Source: Candidatus Bathyarchaeota archaeon (lineage in GTDB: Archaea; Thermoproteota; Bathyarchaeia; Bathyarchaeales; Bathycorpusculaceae). From it: DNA of 64,000 nucleotides. The position numbers and the translations under genes are program-made. Shown here in pieces: positions 42,295-54,320 of the stretch. Position 1 is the stretch's first letter, and every line of letters starts with the position of its first letter. The stretch spans positions 864,001 through 928,000 of the forward strand of contig CAVZJV010000014.1 of assembly GCA_963775685.1 (NCBI GenBank), given 5' to 3'. Below the pieces are notes generated by a model that made no database searches, was not told the DNA's origin, and saw nothing but the letters and a program-made list of their open reading frames with translations.

Positions 42295-42890
42295 ATGTCT
42301 AAACAAAAAAATTCTTACCAAAGGATTGGTGCATCCATGGGCATAGTTGCGCCCATGATAGCGTTTGTCTGTATCGGTGGCGCCATCACCTCTTATCCAC
42401 AGTTTAGCTGGACAAATAACGCTCTTAGCGACTTAGGCGTCATTTCAGGTATAACAGAGAATCTTTTTTCAACTTTGGGCTTCTCGCCAGTGGACTATTA
42501 GCCTTCAACTTCGCGATAATTGGCTTGTATAATTATCTGGGCAAAAGCTGGGTAGGCAAAATTGGCTCAGTAGCTTTTGTTGGGGCTTCTTTGGCGCTTA
42601 TTGCCATAAGTGTATTTACCGAGGATTTTTCACCTACCCACTATGTTGTTTCTGTAGCATTTTCCGTGTTGGCGCCGATTTCGTTGTTCTTACTTACTGG
42701 CGCGTTCTGGCTGAGTCACCAGCGTCGATTCACGGTTTTCACGATTTTTGTTGCCTTTGCAGCAGCTTTGCCGTGGCTTTTACAGTTCGCATTTAATTAC
42801 GTGCCCAATGTGGCGATTCCTGAAACCGCTTCGGGTCTCGCCTTTTCATTATGGGTTGTTGTGGTTGGCAAAGAGATGCTAACAGCCTAA
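42295..42890 (+). CDS. DUF998 family membrane protein (frameshift ~42470)
   Basis: PQFSWTNNALSDLG, FTEDFSPTHYVVS, VAIPE. Confidence 0.8.
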
Positions 42891-43888
42891 AGTGAAACTG
42901 CGTCAAAGTACATTTGAGCGCAGCAAAACGAGGAAAAAGATGTGTGGTAACCCTTGCTTTTGGCGTATTCGACTGCGGCTTCACTTGGAAATGCAACGGC
43001 GTCTACGCCTGCTTTGAGCGCTAAAACGTCGATTTCGCTGCGACTTTTACCTTTGGGGCGCATACAACCTAGAACAAGCGGGGTTTTTGAGAACATGGAT
43101 CGTGCCATAGCTGAAACTTTAGCTATGTCCATGGGTTTTGGCGGCGGTGTTTCTGCCATGACTGTTCCGCGGATGGGCATGAACGCTATGATCACTATGG
43201 CTGATGGGCTAACTTGACCAATCATCTTGAGTGCCTCATGTTCACCGTCAAGTTTGCCTCGGTTTAGACCTACGATAACGTGCGGTACAAAGGGCAATCC
43301 TGCATCTTGCAATGCCCTGAGTGATTTAAGGTAGTCTTGGACTGTTACCTTTAGGTTATAGATTTCCCCGACTGTTTTAGCTGATCCAATCACGTCGATA
43401 AGTGCTGCAGCAATCCCTGCCTTCTTTAGGGCAACTGCAGTTTCCTGCTTGACTATACCCGTGTGAACAAAAACTGTTAAGCCAAGTTCCCGTTTGAACC
43501 TCTCTAAGTCAGGCAAGAACTCGTCCAGAGGAACAGAACCGTCGGGCAGGCATCCGCCACTGACTAGGACACCTTTAGCTCCGTTTTGTTTGATTTTTGT
43601 TCCCAAATCAAACAATGCCTTGGGTGAGTGCACTGGATGCATGGTTTCGAGTACTTTGCCGCCGCAGTGTTTGCAATTCAATGAGCAAGTATTGCCTGTG
43701 ATTGATATGGTGGGGAAATCTGTTGTCGAAGAGTAGAAGTGTTTAGTTTTATAGTATGTGAAGCTGGGAGCATAAAAACGAATTTCGTTTCCTCTTGGCT
43801 TGAATACTCCAATTTCGAGTAAGTTTAAGAGATCTTTTTCGTTTAAGTTCCAGATTGCTTCTGCTGAGAGCTGAACCATGTTTTTCAA
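42887..43888 (-). CDS. Radical SAM protein (BioB-like archaeal family)
   Basis: SITGNTCSLNCKHC, SGGC, LGCMRP, CCA. Confidence 0.9.
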   Translation of the reverse strand: MKNMVQLSAEAIWNLNEKDLLNLLEIGVFKPRGNEIRFYAPSFTYYKTKHFYSSTTDFPTISITGNTCSLNCKHCGGKVLETMHPVHSPKALFDLGTKIKQNGAKGVLVSGGCLPDGSVPLDEFLPDLERFKRELGLTVFVHTGIVKQETAVALKKAGIAAALIDVIGSAKTVGEIYNLKVTVQDYLKSLRALQDAGLPFVPHVIVGLNRGKLDGEHEALKMIGQVSPSAIVIIAFMPIRGTVMAETPPPKPMDIAKVSAMARSMFSKTPLVLGCMRPKGKSRSEIDVLALKAGVDAVAFPSEAAVEYAKSKGYHTSFSSFCCAQMYFDAVSL

Positions 43889-43997
43889 GCTAAGAATTAT
43901 TTGCCTTGCTTAATTATGTAGCGCAAAAATCATTCATCTTATATCTTAAAGTGTAAAAAGATTTTTAAATAATTGGCAATAGGTTGCTTTTAGGCGT

Positions 43998-46793
43998 CTA
44001 TGTGTGGTCGTGTCTGTTTGGTTCTTCTGTTGATTTGCTGAATCGTCGGACAAAGAGCTTGCGGATTTCTTCAGCGAAGATTACTACAAGGGCTAGTGAA
44101 ATTAGGTATATCCAGTCTGTGAATCCAAGTGGTGTGGTTCCGAAGTATTTCTGCATCAATGGGACATAAATTAGGAAGGCTAAGATTGAGATTTGTGCTA
44201 TTATGCCCCAAATTATCCATTTGTTTTTGGTTATGCTTGTTTTGAAGATGGATTGTTTGCTGGTTCTGCAGGCTAAGACGTTTCCTGCTTGAGCTACAAC
44301 TATACCTGCGAACGCCATGGTGACGCCTTTTAGGTATAACGGATTATTGTTGGGCAGGTTATCGCCAAAATGCCAGTCAATGGGGATCGGCATGCCAAAA
44401 TGCCATCCACCAGCAGCCCAAGTTCCCAAGCATCCTATCATTGCACCCACAGCTATTATTGCGCCAATGTAGACTGATCGGCCAAAGACCTTGCCTGTGA
44501 ATAGTTTTTCTTTGAGGCTTCTTGGTGGTTCCTCCATAATGCCTGCTTCTGGAGGTTCTCGGCTAAGCGCTAAGCTGGGAATGACGTCTATTGCTAAGTC
44601 GATGGCTAAGATTTGAACAACTAGCAGCGGCAAAGGAATCCCCAGTAACGCATAAAGTACGTAGGGAATCAATTCTGCCCAGTTGTGCGAGAAAACGTAA
44701 ACAATGAACTTGCGAATGTTCTCATAGATTGCCCGTCCAGACTCAACTGCCTTAACAATCGATGCGAAACTGTCATTTAGCAAGACTATGTCGGCGGCTT
44801 CACGGGCAACATCTGTTCCCGACGCACCCATGGCTACCCCAATGTCAGCTTCTTTGAGTGAAGGTGCATCGTTTGCTCCGTCACCTGTAACTGCAACTAC
44901 TTCGCCGCTGTCTTTTAGAACTTTTACAATACGGAGTTTTTGTTCAGGAGAAACCCGCGCGAAAATGACATTTCCTTTTTTAACTTCGTCTACTATGGCT
45001 TTGTCATTTAAGTCTTCAAGGTCCACACCGCGTATTACTTGGCAGCATTCCCGATCTACTATGCCAACTTCCTGAGCTATGGATTGAGCAGTTGGACCAT
45101 AGTCGCCTGTGATTATGACGGTTTTGATTCCTGCTTGTTTTGCTTTTTCAACAGCATCTTTAACTTCTGTTCTTGGGGGATCGCGCATTCCTGCTAAGCC
45201 AACAAATATGAGGTCTTTTTCAACTTCCTCACCTTTTTTGTACTCTGTGCGAGGCATCTTTTTGTAGGCAACAGCTATGACGCGCAATCCTGCCTTGGCA
45301 AATTCATGGATTCTTGTTTCAATCCAAGCCATGTTTTCTTGGTTTAATTCAACAATTTTTTCCTCAATGAGCACTTTGTTGCAAACGTCTAGGATGTTTC
45401 TTGGTGCACCTTTGGTGTAGATTAAGACATCGCCGTTTAGTTTGTGAACGGTTGTCATTCGTTTTCGTTCAAAACTGAATGGCAAAACATCCAAAAGGGG
45501 TTTTTCAGCCAAAGCGTCTTGGATGTTTAAGCTTGATTTAAGTGCGGCAACAAGCAGAGCACCGTCTGTGGGATCCCCTATGACGTTCCAATTTCTGTTT
45601 TTATCTGAGGGGGGATCAAGTTTTGCCCCATTGCAAAGAGCTGCAATTTCAAGAAGCTTCTCTAAGGAAGCCATTTGTTCTCCCTGGAGCGGTTGACCGT
45701 TCATATAGAAGTAGCCTTCAGGTTTGTAGCCTGTGCCCGAAATATCCGCAACATAATCGTAGACCCATAGTTTGTTTACGGTCATTTCGCCTTTTGTTAT
45801 GGTTCCTGTTTTGTCGGTGCAGATGACAGTGACGCTGCCTAAAGTTTGAACAGCTGATAGTCGTTTGACTACAACATTTTGCTTAACCATCTTGAGCACG
45901 TTGATGGCTAAGGCGCTTGAAACTGTAACCTGTAAGCCCTCGGGGACACAACAGACCATAACCCCAATCATGAAAAAGATGCTTGTGGCAAGAGAGACAC
46001 CTAACAAAACATAGCTAACTATAAAGAAAATCGTGCCGACAGTAACAGCGATAATAAAATCAAACTTTGCCATCGAAGCAATTTCCTTCTGAAGCGGGCT
46101 TTCCTCTTCTTGAATTGTTTGAGTTAAAGAGGCAATTTTTCCAAACTGAGTGTTCATGCCTGTAGCATATACCACTGCTTTGCCCTGGCCTTTTGCGACG
46201 CTTGTGCTCATGAAGACAAGGTTAGGTGAATACAAGTACGCGTTTTCAACCACTTCAGCTGGCTCAGAAACACGAGGTTGTGGTTCAGATTCTCCCGTTA
46301 AGGGAACGTTATTTGTCCATAAATCAAAAACTTCTATTAAACGTGCATCGGCTGGAACACGGTCCCCTTCGTCTAAAAAGACGACGTCTCCAGGAACAAT
46401 CTCTCTAACTGTAATCTTTTTGAGCTCCCCATCTCGGAAAACTTTGGCGTATTCAGGCATCCAGCTTTTGAGGGTTTCCATAGCTTTTTCTGCACGGGAT
46501 TCTTGAAAAATGCTGACGAATACGTTTACTAAAACTACGGCTAGGATGATTAGGGCAAGTTCTGGATTACCGCTAATGTACGATAGAACAGCGGCTATAA
46601 GAAGCAAGATACCAAATAAATCTCTAAGATGCTTGATGAATTTGTGTATTAAGGGGAGTTGTCTTTTCTCTGAAAGCTTGTTGTACCCGTATTTTTTGAG
46701 GCGTAATTTAGCTTCTTCGCTGGTTAATCCGTTTTCCGATGTGTCGAGGTCACCGAAAACCTTGTCAATGGGCATAGAAGCGGCTTTTTCCAA
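43998..46793 (-). CDS. Cation-transporting P-type ATPase (P2)
   Basis: LTGES, VPEGL, DKTGT, KGAP, TGDGANDAP. Confidence 0.96.
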   Translation of the reverse strand: MEKAASMPIDKVFGDLDTSENGLTSEEAKLRLKKYGYNKLSEKRQLPLIHKFIKHLRDLFGILLLIAAVLSYISGNPELALIILAVVLVNVFVSIFQESRAEKAMETLKSWMPEYAKVFRDGELKKITVREIVPGDVVFLDEGDRVPADARLIEVFDLWTNNVPLTGESEPQPRVSEPAEVVENAYLYSPNLVFMSTSVAKGQGKAVVYATGMNTQFGKIASLTQTIQEEESPLQKEIASMAKFDFIIAVTVGTIFFIVSYVLLGVSLATSIFFMIGVMVCCVPEGLQVTVSSALAINVLKMVKQNVVVKRLSAVQTLGSVTVICTDKTGTITKGEMTVNKLWVYDYVADISGTGYKPEGYFYMNGQPLQGEQMASLEKLLEIAALCNGAKLDPPSDKNRNWNVIGDPTDGALLVAALKSSLNIQDALAEKPLLDVLPFSFERKRMTTVHKLNGDVLIYTKGAPRNILDVCNKVLIEEKIVELNQENMAWIETRIHEFAKAGLRVIAVAYKKMPRTEYKKGEEVEKDLIFVGLAGMRDPPRTEVKDAVEKAKQAGIKTVIITGDYGPTAQSIAQEVGIVDRECCQVIRGVDLEDLNDKAIVDEVKKGNVIFARVSPEQKLRIVKVLKDSGEVVAVTGDGANDAPSLKEADIGVAMGASGTDVAREAADIVLLNDSFASIVKAVESGRAIYENIRKFIVYVFSHNWAELIPYVLYALLGIPLPLLVVQILAIDLAIDVIPSLALSREPPEAGIMEEPPRSLKEKLFTGKVFGRSVYIGAIIAVGAMIGCLGTWAAGGWHFGMPIPIDWHFGDNLPNNNPLYLKGVTMAFAGIVVAQAGNVLACRTSKQSIFKTSITKNKWIIWGIIAQISILAFLIYVPLMQKYFGTTPLGFTDWIYLISLALVVIFAEEIRKLFVRRFSKSTEEPNRHDHT

Positions 46794-47436
46794 TGTTACT
46801 CAGCCAAAATTTCTCTAAATGTTAGTTATTTTCAACCTCTACAATAAGTAAAGTTGAACACTGTAATAGGCGCTTTAAAAAATGCGTCGTTTCCATGAAC
46901 TGGAAGTGTTTGATGGTACATTCGCATCCTCGTTAGCTGATTTTGCATCGCAAATTATAGCGATTTAATTTTTGGTTATTGTCGATTGTTGCTTTTAAAG
47001 TAATCGCAGACAAAGCCTCATTTAAGTCGCAAGAAATGAAGCAGATGATGAATTGCATGCAAATGCATATTTATCATTTAATATTTTTGCTTCCTTTAGA
47101 CTCCGAATTCTTTTATAAATATAAAACAAAAAGGATTATTCTTTTTGCAATAAAGCTTAAGTCAACTTGCAGGGTTCAACAAACCATTTTGGCTTAGCCA
47201 GCTATTAAATCAAATTAGCAGAATTGGACAATTGGTCGAGAAAAACCACTTTAACCATGACTTGACAATAATATTTTGGCTCAATTGTTTTTTTAAATAA
47301 AATCCATAAAGTTAATAGGCTACAAACTCACTTTCCATGTAGTTTACCATTTCATGAGAGATTAAATAATGCTTCAAATAATTAAAAAACAAGTCTTTCA
47401 GGTAATAAATTCAATTAAATTGGAGATTGCATAATT

Positions 47437-49655
47437 ATGGCGCGTTATAGGCAGACAGACGAAATTGTTAAACTGATGGAAACCCCGCTTTTCATTCGCA
47501 ATACCAGCATCATTGCTCACGTTGACCACGGAAAAACAACTCTGGCCGACAGTCTTCTGGCAGCGGCAGGAATCATCAGTACCCAAACGGCAGGACAGAA
47601 ACTGTTCCTTGACTCATGGGACCTTGAGCAGAAACGTCAAATGACCGTTTTCGCCTCAAACGTCAGCCTCGTCCACACTTACCAAGAAAAAGATTACTTA
47701 ATTAACCTAATCGACACACCAGGCCACATTGACTTTTCAGGCGCCGTAACAAGAAGCCTGCGAGCAGTTGACGGCGCACTCGTGGTTGTCGATTCAGTTG
47801 AGGGACCAATGACGCAGACCGAAACCGTTCTAATGCAGGCCCTAAGAGAACGCGTAAAGCCAATTCTATTTATCAACAAAGTTGACCGCTTAATCAAAGA
47901 AATCAAACTAACACCAGCAGAAATACAAAAGAAATTCGCAAAGATTCTCCTAAGAGTTAACACGTTAATAGAGAAATATGCACCTGCTGAACACAAAAAA
48001 GACTGGCAAGTAACAATCGAAGATAGTCGTGTAGCTTTCGGTTCAGCCCTTCACAAATGGGGCTTAAACCTTGACCACATGAAAATGAAGAAGGTCACCT
48101 TCCAAGACATCATCGACGCCTACACAGGTGACCCAATAGATGTCGGCCGAAAAGTCGATGAACTCAGCAAGAGAGCACCTTTGCCTGAACCAATATTGGA
48201 CATGTTCGTTAAGCATCTTCCAAACCCCTATGATGCTCAGCCCTACAGGCAGCCTCAAATTTGGCCAGGAGACGTAAACAGCCCAACAGGTCAGGGAATG
48301 GCAAAAGTCGATCCTAAAGCGCCGTTGCTCATGTGCATCTCCACCATCGAAGTTGACCCACACAGCGGAACAGTCGCAATCGGCAGAATTTTCAGCGGTT
48401 CAATCGAGAGAGGCAAAACCGTTCAGCTTTTAAGCAGCAACCAAAAAGGCACTATTCAACAAGTTTTCATGAGTATGGCAACTGACCGTGTTCTTATTGA
48501 CCGCGTTCCAGCAGGCAACATCGGAGCCATTTCTGGTCTTCCATCCATCCACGTCGGAGAAACCATCGCTGAAGAAGGACAAGAAGTACACTCTTTCGAA
48601 GGCTTAAACTACGTTTCAGACCCAGTCGTAACCGTCGCTGTAGAACCAGAAGACGTCAAAGACCTACCCTTATTCGACAAAGTCATGCACAAACTCACAA
48701 CTGAAGACCCCAACTTGCACTTCATCATGAACAAAGAAAGCGGCGAATTCCTCCTATCAGGTATGGGTGAACTTCACCTTGAAATCACCGCTTACCGAAT
48801 GCAGGAAGCAGGCTTAAAAGTTAAACTTAGCAAGCCAATTGTCATCTTCAGAGAAACTATCAGTCACGATTACAAGGGACCAGCAATCATGGGTAAAAGC
48901 CCCAACAAACACAACAAACTCTGGATAACCATCGACAAGTTATCTGACGAAGTCATCGAGGCAATTAAATCTGAAAAAATCTACTGATATGCAAAGCAGA
49001 GACGAACGAACCAAAACCTTACGCGCACTCGGCTGGTCACCAGACGAAGCCAAAGGCGCCGTTGCTGTAGAAGAAAACTGCATACTCTGCAACCGCATTC
49101 GCGGACGCCAATACGTAGAAGAAATCATCGACCACATCAAAACTGGATTCCGCGAAGCAGTCCACACATCCCCACTTGCCAAAGAACCAGCTTACGGACT
49201 TAAAAATTAACCTTGAAGACATAACCCTCCACGAGGACCCAGTCCACCGCGGACCCGCACAAGCTATCCCAATGACTTGGAGACCAATCTACTGCGCTAT
49301 TCTCTTGAGCGATCCAAAACTGCTTGAGCCACTGATGAGCTTCGAATGCAAAGTTCCAAGCGAATATGTCAGCGCTGTCATCACAATGCTAAACAAACGC
49401 CGCGGCAAAATCCTCGACATGCCCTCAGAAGATGACATAATTACCGTTAAAGCAGAAATGCCCGTTTCCGAAAGCTTCGGCATAGCTGATGAATTGCGCG
49501 GTTCAACTTCAGGAAGAGCATTTTGGGCCACACAGTTCAGTCGTTGGGCATATGTTCCAGAACAGATGCAGGCAGAAACCATAAAGAAGATCCGCGAACG
49601 CAGAGGCTTACCACCAGTTCCGCCAAAGCCAGAAGAATACTTCGAGAAAGAATAA
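47437..49655 (+). CDS. fusA: Translation elongation factor EF-2 (stand-alone, probable paralog); frameshifts ~48985 and ~49205
   Basis: AHVDHGKTT, DTPGHIDF, NKVD, GMGELHLE, KSPNKHN, HEDPVHRGPAQ, LRGSTSGRA. Confidence 0.93.
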
Positions 49656-49805
49656 GCCCTAAGCTTTTCTTCTCTATTTCTAATATTTTTCTTTTATTTT
49701 GTTTTTTAAAATAAATAATCTTTGCTTTTCTGCTTTGAACCTTTATTTCAGGCGGGAAGGGGAAGGCTTTAAAGCAAATTCCAAGTTAACGTTTAGTGAC
49801 GGCTT

Positions 49806-50393
49806 ATGATAATTGGAATCTGCGGTAGCCCCCGAAAACAAGCCACCGAACACGTTTTAGAAGAAGCGCTAAAGACGCTGCAGGAGAAAGGTTTGGAAAC
49901 CAAGCTGTGGACTGTTCGGGGAAAATGGGTGGATTATTGTGCACACTGTGATTACTGCCTAAAAAACAAGGAATGCGTGGTTCAAGACGATTTGCAAGAA
50001 CTTTACGCGTTGCTTGCCCAAGCCAACGGAATCATCTTTGCAAGCCCAGTCTACAACGGCGGAGTCAGCGCCCAAACCAAAGCCGTGATGGATCGGATGC
50101 GTGCCCCAGTTGCAGCAAACAAGAATTTCTTCAAGGGCAAAGTCGGCATGGGCATCGTAACAGGCGGCGACCGCAATGGTGGCCAGGAGTTTGCTCTCAT
50201 GCAGATACATTCCTTCTTTATAATAAACGGGATGATTCCTGTGAGCGGTGGGTTTTTTGGTGCGAATTTAGGGGCGACATTTTGGTCAAAAGATACCTTG
50301 GAGGGCGTGAAATTGGATGAGGAGGGCTTCCGCAGCTTAAAGAAAACCACGAAACGATTTGCTGAGTACGTGGAGCTTTACAGTAAAAAGTAA
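49806..50393 (+). CDS. Iron-sulfur flavoprotein (flavodoxin family)
   Basis: GSPRK, CAHCDYC.....C, SPVYNG, GGDRNGGQE. Confidence 0.9.
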   Translation: MIIGICGSPRKQATEHVLEEALKTLQEKGLETKLWTVRGKWVDYCAHCDYCLKNKECVVQDDLQELYALLAQANGIIFASPVYNGGVSAQTKAVMDRMRAPVAANKNFFKGKVGMGIVTGGDRNGGQEFALMQIHSFFIINGMIPVSGGFFGANLGATFWSKDTLEGVKLDEEGFRSLKKTTKRFAEYVELYSKK

Positions 50394-50403
50394 GGTGAAT
50401 GTT

Positions 50404-50994
50404 ATGACTGAAGTTGAAGTTAAAGTTAAGAAAATCAAGGTTGCTTGGGGCATAACGGGTGCCGGCGACAAAATAGCTGAAATAATCGAAACGATGAAAG
50501 ACCTGAAAAAGCAGTCGGAGGGTATCGTAGAGATCGATGTTTACCTCTCCAAAGCAGCTGACATCATGCTAAAATTCTATCGTCTAGACGAGGAATTAAA
50601 GAAAAGCTTTGTCAAGGTTACAGTGGAATCCAATTCCAACTCGCCATTCCTGGCGGGAATGATGCAGAGCCACAAATATGAGTTTTTGCTGATTTTTCCA
50701 GCCTCCTCAAACACCGTGGCTAAACTGGTTAATGGCATCGGAGATACCCTAATCACGAACTCCGCGATAATGAGCCTCAAAGCCTTTGTGCCCGTCTGGA
50801 TCATGCCAGTGGACTATAAAGAAAGCGTCATCTCAACCAAGCTGCCCAACGGCAAAGATATGAAAATCCGGGTCCGAAAAGAAGAAGCTGATCAAGTGCG
50901 AAAATTAGAAACAACGGATGACGTGCGTGTTTTTGAGAATCCGGCGATGGTTCATGAGGGCTTTTTGAGGTGGCTAAAAACCATCCGACAATAG
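50404..50994 (+). CDS. afpA: Archaeoflavoprotein AfpA
   Basis: VAWGITGAGD, NSPFLAG, PASSNTVAKLVNGIGDTL. Confidence 0.88.
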   Translation: MTEVEVKVKKIKVAWGITGAGDKIAEIIETMKDLKKQSEGIVEIDVYLSKAADIMLKFYRLDEELKKSFVKVTVESNSNSPFLAGMMQSHKYEFLLIFPASSNTVAKLVNGIGDTLITNSAIMSLKAFVPVWIMPVDYKESVISTKLPNGKDMKIRVRKEEADQVRKLETTDDVRVFENPAMVHEGFLRWLKTIRQ

Positions 50995-51016
50995 CGCGCT
51001 TTAAAAAATTTGGGAT

Positions 51017-51361
51017 TTATTGTTTTGCTTGCCATGCCCCTGCGAGCACGTAGATGGCGGCTGCAAGGTTTATGATGGCGCTTGCTCCGTTGAGGACAGC
51101 TAAGGATAAACCAGAGTAGGTTAGGTTGAAGGTGGTATAGGAGAAAGCGTAAACCAGCAAAACGGTTGAGGGGGCACCATATTTTTTATAAACAGTAAAT
51201 TAGCGGTTGAGACCAACCAAAGTTTGGGCAAAATTGAGTTGTTAGGTCTTTTCGGGATCGTCAAAAACCGCTAATTCAAATTCAATAAAAACGACGTTGA
51301 TAACTATCCAGACAACGATCGCGTAGGTTGCTAGTGACTTTTGGTTTAATATTTGGTACAC
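51017..51361 (-). pseudogene. Small membrane protein, frameshifted
   Basis: Hydrophobic fragments AIVVWIVINVVF and LNGASAIINLAAAIYVLAG. Confidence 0.4.
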
Positions 51362-51556
51362 TCACTCTTTCAATCGAGTTATCTTTTTTAACTGTAATGT
51401 TGAGAAACTTCACATCTGAGAATAATATTCCTATGAAAAGTGAGGAAATATCAGGGTTTAATTCTTCCTAAAGGCAAAGGAAAATAATTTCGCATTTTAG
51501 AAAGCAAACCAATAAATAATATTTTGCAGGGAATTTAAGTTGAGAACGCGTTTTTT

Positions 51557-52300
51557 TTGAAGGTACAAATTATGGGAAAAAATGTTGGAGACGATTTTCA
51601 AACAGAGACAAAGTACAGTCGGATCAAAAGCCTTGGTAGCAATCTGAACTGGGCAAATAAGCCTGACCTCTATAAGAGCTATCCTGCCAGTAAAACGGTT
51701 CAGTTGCCAAGTCAGTTTCAAAATTCAACCTTTAACTTTACTGAAGTTCTTCGAAGACGCAAGAGCATTCGCACCTTCTCACCTAAGCCTTTGAGTATGG
51801 TTGATTTGGCGTTTCTTCTTTGGGCATCCACAGGTATCCAAAGAACGGAGCACAATTACGAGTTCCGCACTGCGCCATCAGCTGGAGCATTGTATCCCAT
51901 TGAGACGTACGTAGCTACAAACAACGTGGAAGAACTAAATCAAGGGATTTATCATTACAATATAGAAAATCATCTGCTGGAAGAAATAGAACTTGGAAGT
52001 TTTGGCAATAAATTAGCTCATGCAGCTTTAGACCAACAGATGTGTGCAGATTCATCTATCGTGTTAATTTGGACAGCTGTTTTTGGAAGATCAAAGTGGA
52101 AATATTCTCAGAGAGCCTACAGGTACATCTATTTGGATGCAGGACACGTATCGGAAAATTTGGCATTGGCTGCCACAAGCATCAACTGTGGATCCTGTCA
52201 AGTCGGAGCTTTCTTTGATGACGAAATAAATTCAATAGTAGGTGTAGATGGAACGGAAGAAAGCGCAATCTGTCTTAGCGTAATTGGGCACCCAAAATAA
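51557..52300 (+). CDS. SagB/ThcOx-type nitroreductase family protein
   Basis: RRKSIR, RTAPSAGALYPIE, YRYIYLDAGH, GAFFDD. Confidence 0.92.
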   Translation: MKVQIMGKNVGDDFQTETKYSRIKSLGSNLNWANKPDLYKSYPASKTVQLPSQFQNSTFNFTEVLRRRKSIRTFSPKPLSMVDLAFLLWASTGIQRTEHNYEFRTAPSAGALYPIETYVATNNVEELNQGIYHYNIENHLLEEIELGSFGNKLAHAALDQQMCADSSIVLIWTAVFGRSKWKYSQRAYRYIYLDAGHVSENLALAATSINCGSCQVGAFFDDEINSIVGVDGTEESAICLSVIGHPK

Positions 52301-52430
52301 CATAGATACGTTACCATTCCTTAATATCAAAAAAATTAGCAGGACAAAAGGAGAAGCTTTTTTGGATTCAGGCTATATGTGTAGCTGATGTCTGAGATAT
52401 AGAAGTGGAAAGCTAACAAAAAAAAGAAAG

Positions 52431-53000
52431 TTATTTTACGTTAACTTTACGTCTTCGCTTAGGTTGTTTTTTCGGAAGCATTATCTCAAGAACGCCTTCG
52501 TTTAACTTAGCATCTACGTCGTCAACTTTGATTTCTTCGGGCAAATCGACATATCGATAGAAAGATTTGCAAGCCCTTTCTTTGCAAAGGTAGTCTTGTT
52601 CTTTTTCACTGTACTTCCATCCCGCCATACCAGAAATTTCTACACCATCTTCGTGTACAGCTATCTCAATATCTTCTTTTTTGAACCCTGGCATCTCTGC
52701 TTTCAAGATGAATTCTTTTTCTTTATCTTCTAAATCTACAGCTGGAACTCGAACATCGGGCATTTGAGCAAACATATAGTCAATGTTTGCGGGAAAAAGC
52801 AAGTCTTCAAAGTCGCTTCTGAATCGGTCAAAAGTTTCATCAAAGGCCTGCCACAAATCTTGCTCACCGACTCGCTTTATTGCGGTTTGTCTCTTCGGTT
52901 TTGCTGTTTTGGGTACCTTATCTTTGGAAATTTCGATTTCAGAAGGTTCAGATACGCCTTTACTAGCCACATTCTTTTTTTGACTCATAAAACATAGCAC
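52431..53000 (-). CDS. Small heat-shock protein Hsp20
   Basis: AEMPGFKKEDI, FYRYVDLPEE, GVLEIMLPK. Confidence 0.92.
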   Translation of the reverse strand: MLCFMSQKKNVASKGVSEPSEIEISKDKVPKTAKPKRQTAIKRVGEQDLWQAFDETFDRFRSDFEDLLFPANIDYMFAQMPDVRVPAVDLEDKEKEFILKAEMPGFKKEDIEIAVHEDGVEISGMAGWKYSEKEQDYLCKERACKSFYRYVDLPEEIKVDDVDAKLNEGVLEIMLPKKQPKRRRKVNVK

Positions 53001-53290
53001 CTACCATAAAGTATCAACTAACAAATTTATTTGTTTCTATGAACTAAAAACCGTTCTGAATATAGTTTATTCTAAATAAAAGAACTGTCCTTATTGACAA
53101 TTCTTCTTTTCCTGTTTCTCAAGCTATTTGAGATAATTGAGAACATGACGACACATTTTTTATTGTTTAGTGGAGAGGTGAGAATAGAAAACTATAGAAT
53201 TTGAATTGAATTATGGTTTGAAATCATGATCTTGAAGTATATACCTATATAAGCAATACATTAGCAGGTAAGTTAAAGTTGTAAAATTTT

Positions 53291-53416
53291 ATGGTTAACT
53301 GCCCTAATTGCAACGAAACCATCGAATCGCCGTACAAGAAATTAGAAAACAGATATTTCTATTTAGGTTCGTATATTTACCCAAAATGTGGCGAACATTT
53401 CAATTCAGAGGTATAG
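53291..53416 (+). CDS. Small zinc-ribbon-like protein, 41 aa
   Basis: MVNCPNCNE...YIYPKCGEHF. Confidence 0.4.
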   Translation: MVNCPNCNETIESPYKKLENRYFYLGSYIYPKCGEHFNSEV

Positions 53417-53418
53417 CT

Positions 53419-53640
53419 TCAGTGTTTGAAGATGCGCAAATATCCTTTTTCTAAGTCTTCGTCAAACGACAAATTCTTCTTTCTAAGGAATTGTCCTATT
53501 GCTTTTTGGTCATAAGAACATTTGACTTTCAATTGGAACTTCTCAGGTTTCCTTTGTTCAATTACGACAAAATTGGGTTGAACGTAACCTTGTGCGACTA
53601 ATTCAGTTAACAGGATTATGGCTTCTTTTCTGTTCATTAC
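53419..53640 (-). CDS. Hypothetical protein
   Basis: MNRKEAIILLTEL... after GGGGA; likely start internal to ORF 53419-53700. Confidence 0.55.
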   Translation of the reverse strand, partial: VMNRKEAIILLTELVAQGYVQPNFVVIEQRKPEKFQLKVKCSYDQKAIGQFLRKKNLSFDEDLEKGYLRIFKH

Positions 53641-54320
53641 GTTCCCCTTGTTGGATTTGAGAACGTACAAGACTAATAACCCTTTGGCATATTCAAGCAC
53701 CTCAGGTTTGAAACTACGTATTGCAAGAATCCAAATTTTAAGAACTTCAATTGCTTATCTTCACTAGTTATCAGAAACCTCCAAGAATCCCAAGTTGAGC
53801 AATAGTGGACTTAATTAAAGATTAGAAGCTGAATTAACTGGTCTTAAAGAAGATGATCAAAGGCTTTAAGTCTCATTTTTTGAGATTGAAGAGTGGAATT
53901 AGGGAGAATTGCAAAATCCTCTGCTCAATGTAATGCTATGCTGTAAAGCAATCTTGGCGACGGTTCATTTGGTTGCGTCTTAGCAAGTTGATTTAAACCA
54001 CATTCAACCTACAACAGAACAAGTATCCAAGGGCTTGACTTCAAATTTATCATGCAAAAGGACCTTGCAAAAACTTTTGAAAAACGCCAAAGACGTTAAC
54101 TTCTTAAAGCAAAGCAGGTACCTCGAACGGATCCCGCTCACCCTTGTGGTTAATGAGAAAGAAGTCTTAGTTGTTTTCCGCAGAAATAATGGAGTAATGG
54201 ATTATATGGGTTTGTTTGGAACGGATGAAAAATTCCGACCGATGGAGTGAAGATGTGTTTATGTATTATTGGAAAGAGCTGGGCATTTGTATCCTGGAAT
54301 CAAAATAGAATAATTGTATT

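Noticed and set aside
51557-52300. SagB-like gene as part of a RiPP cluster
   Set aside because: No YcaO or precursor peptide nearby; stand-alone copies are common in archaea
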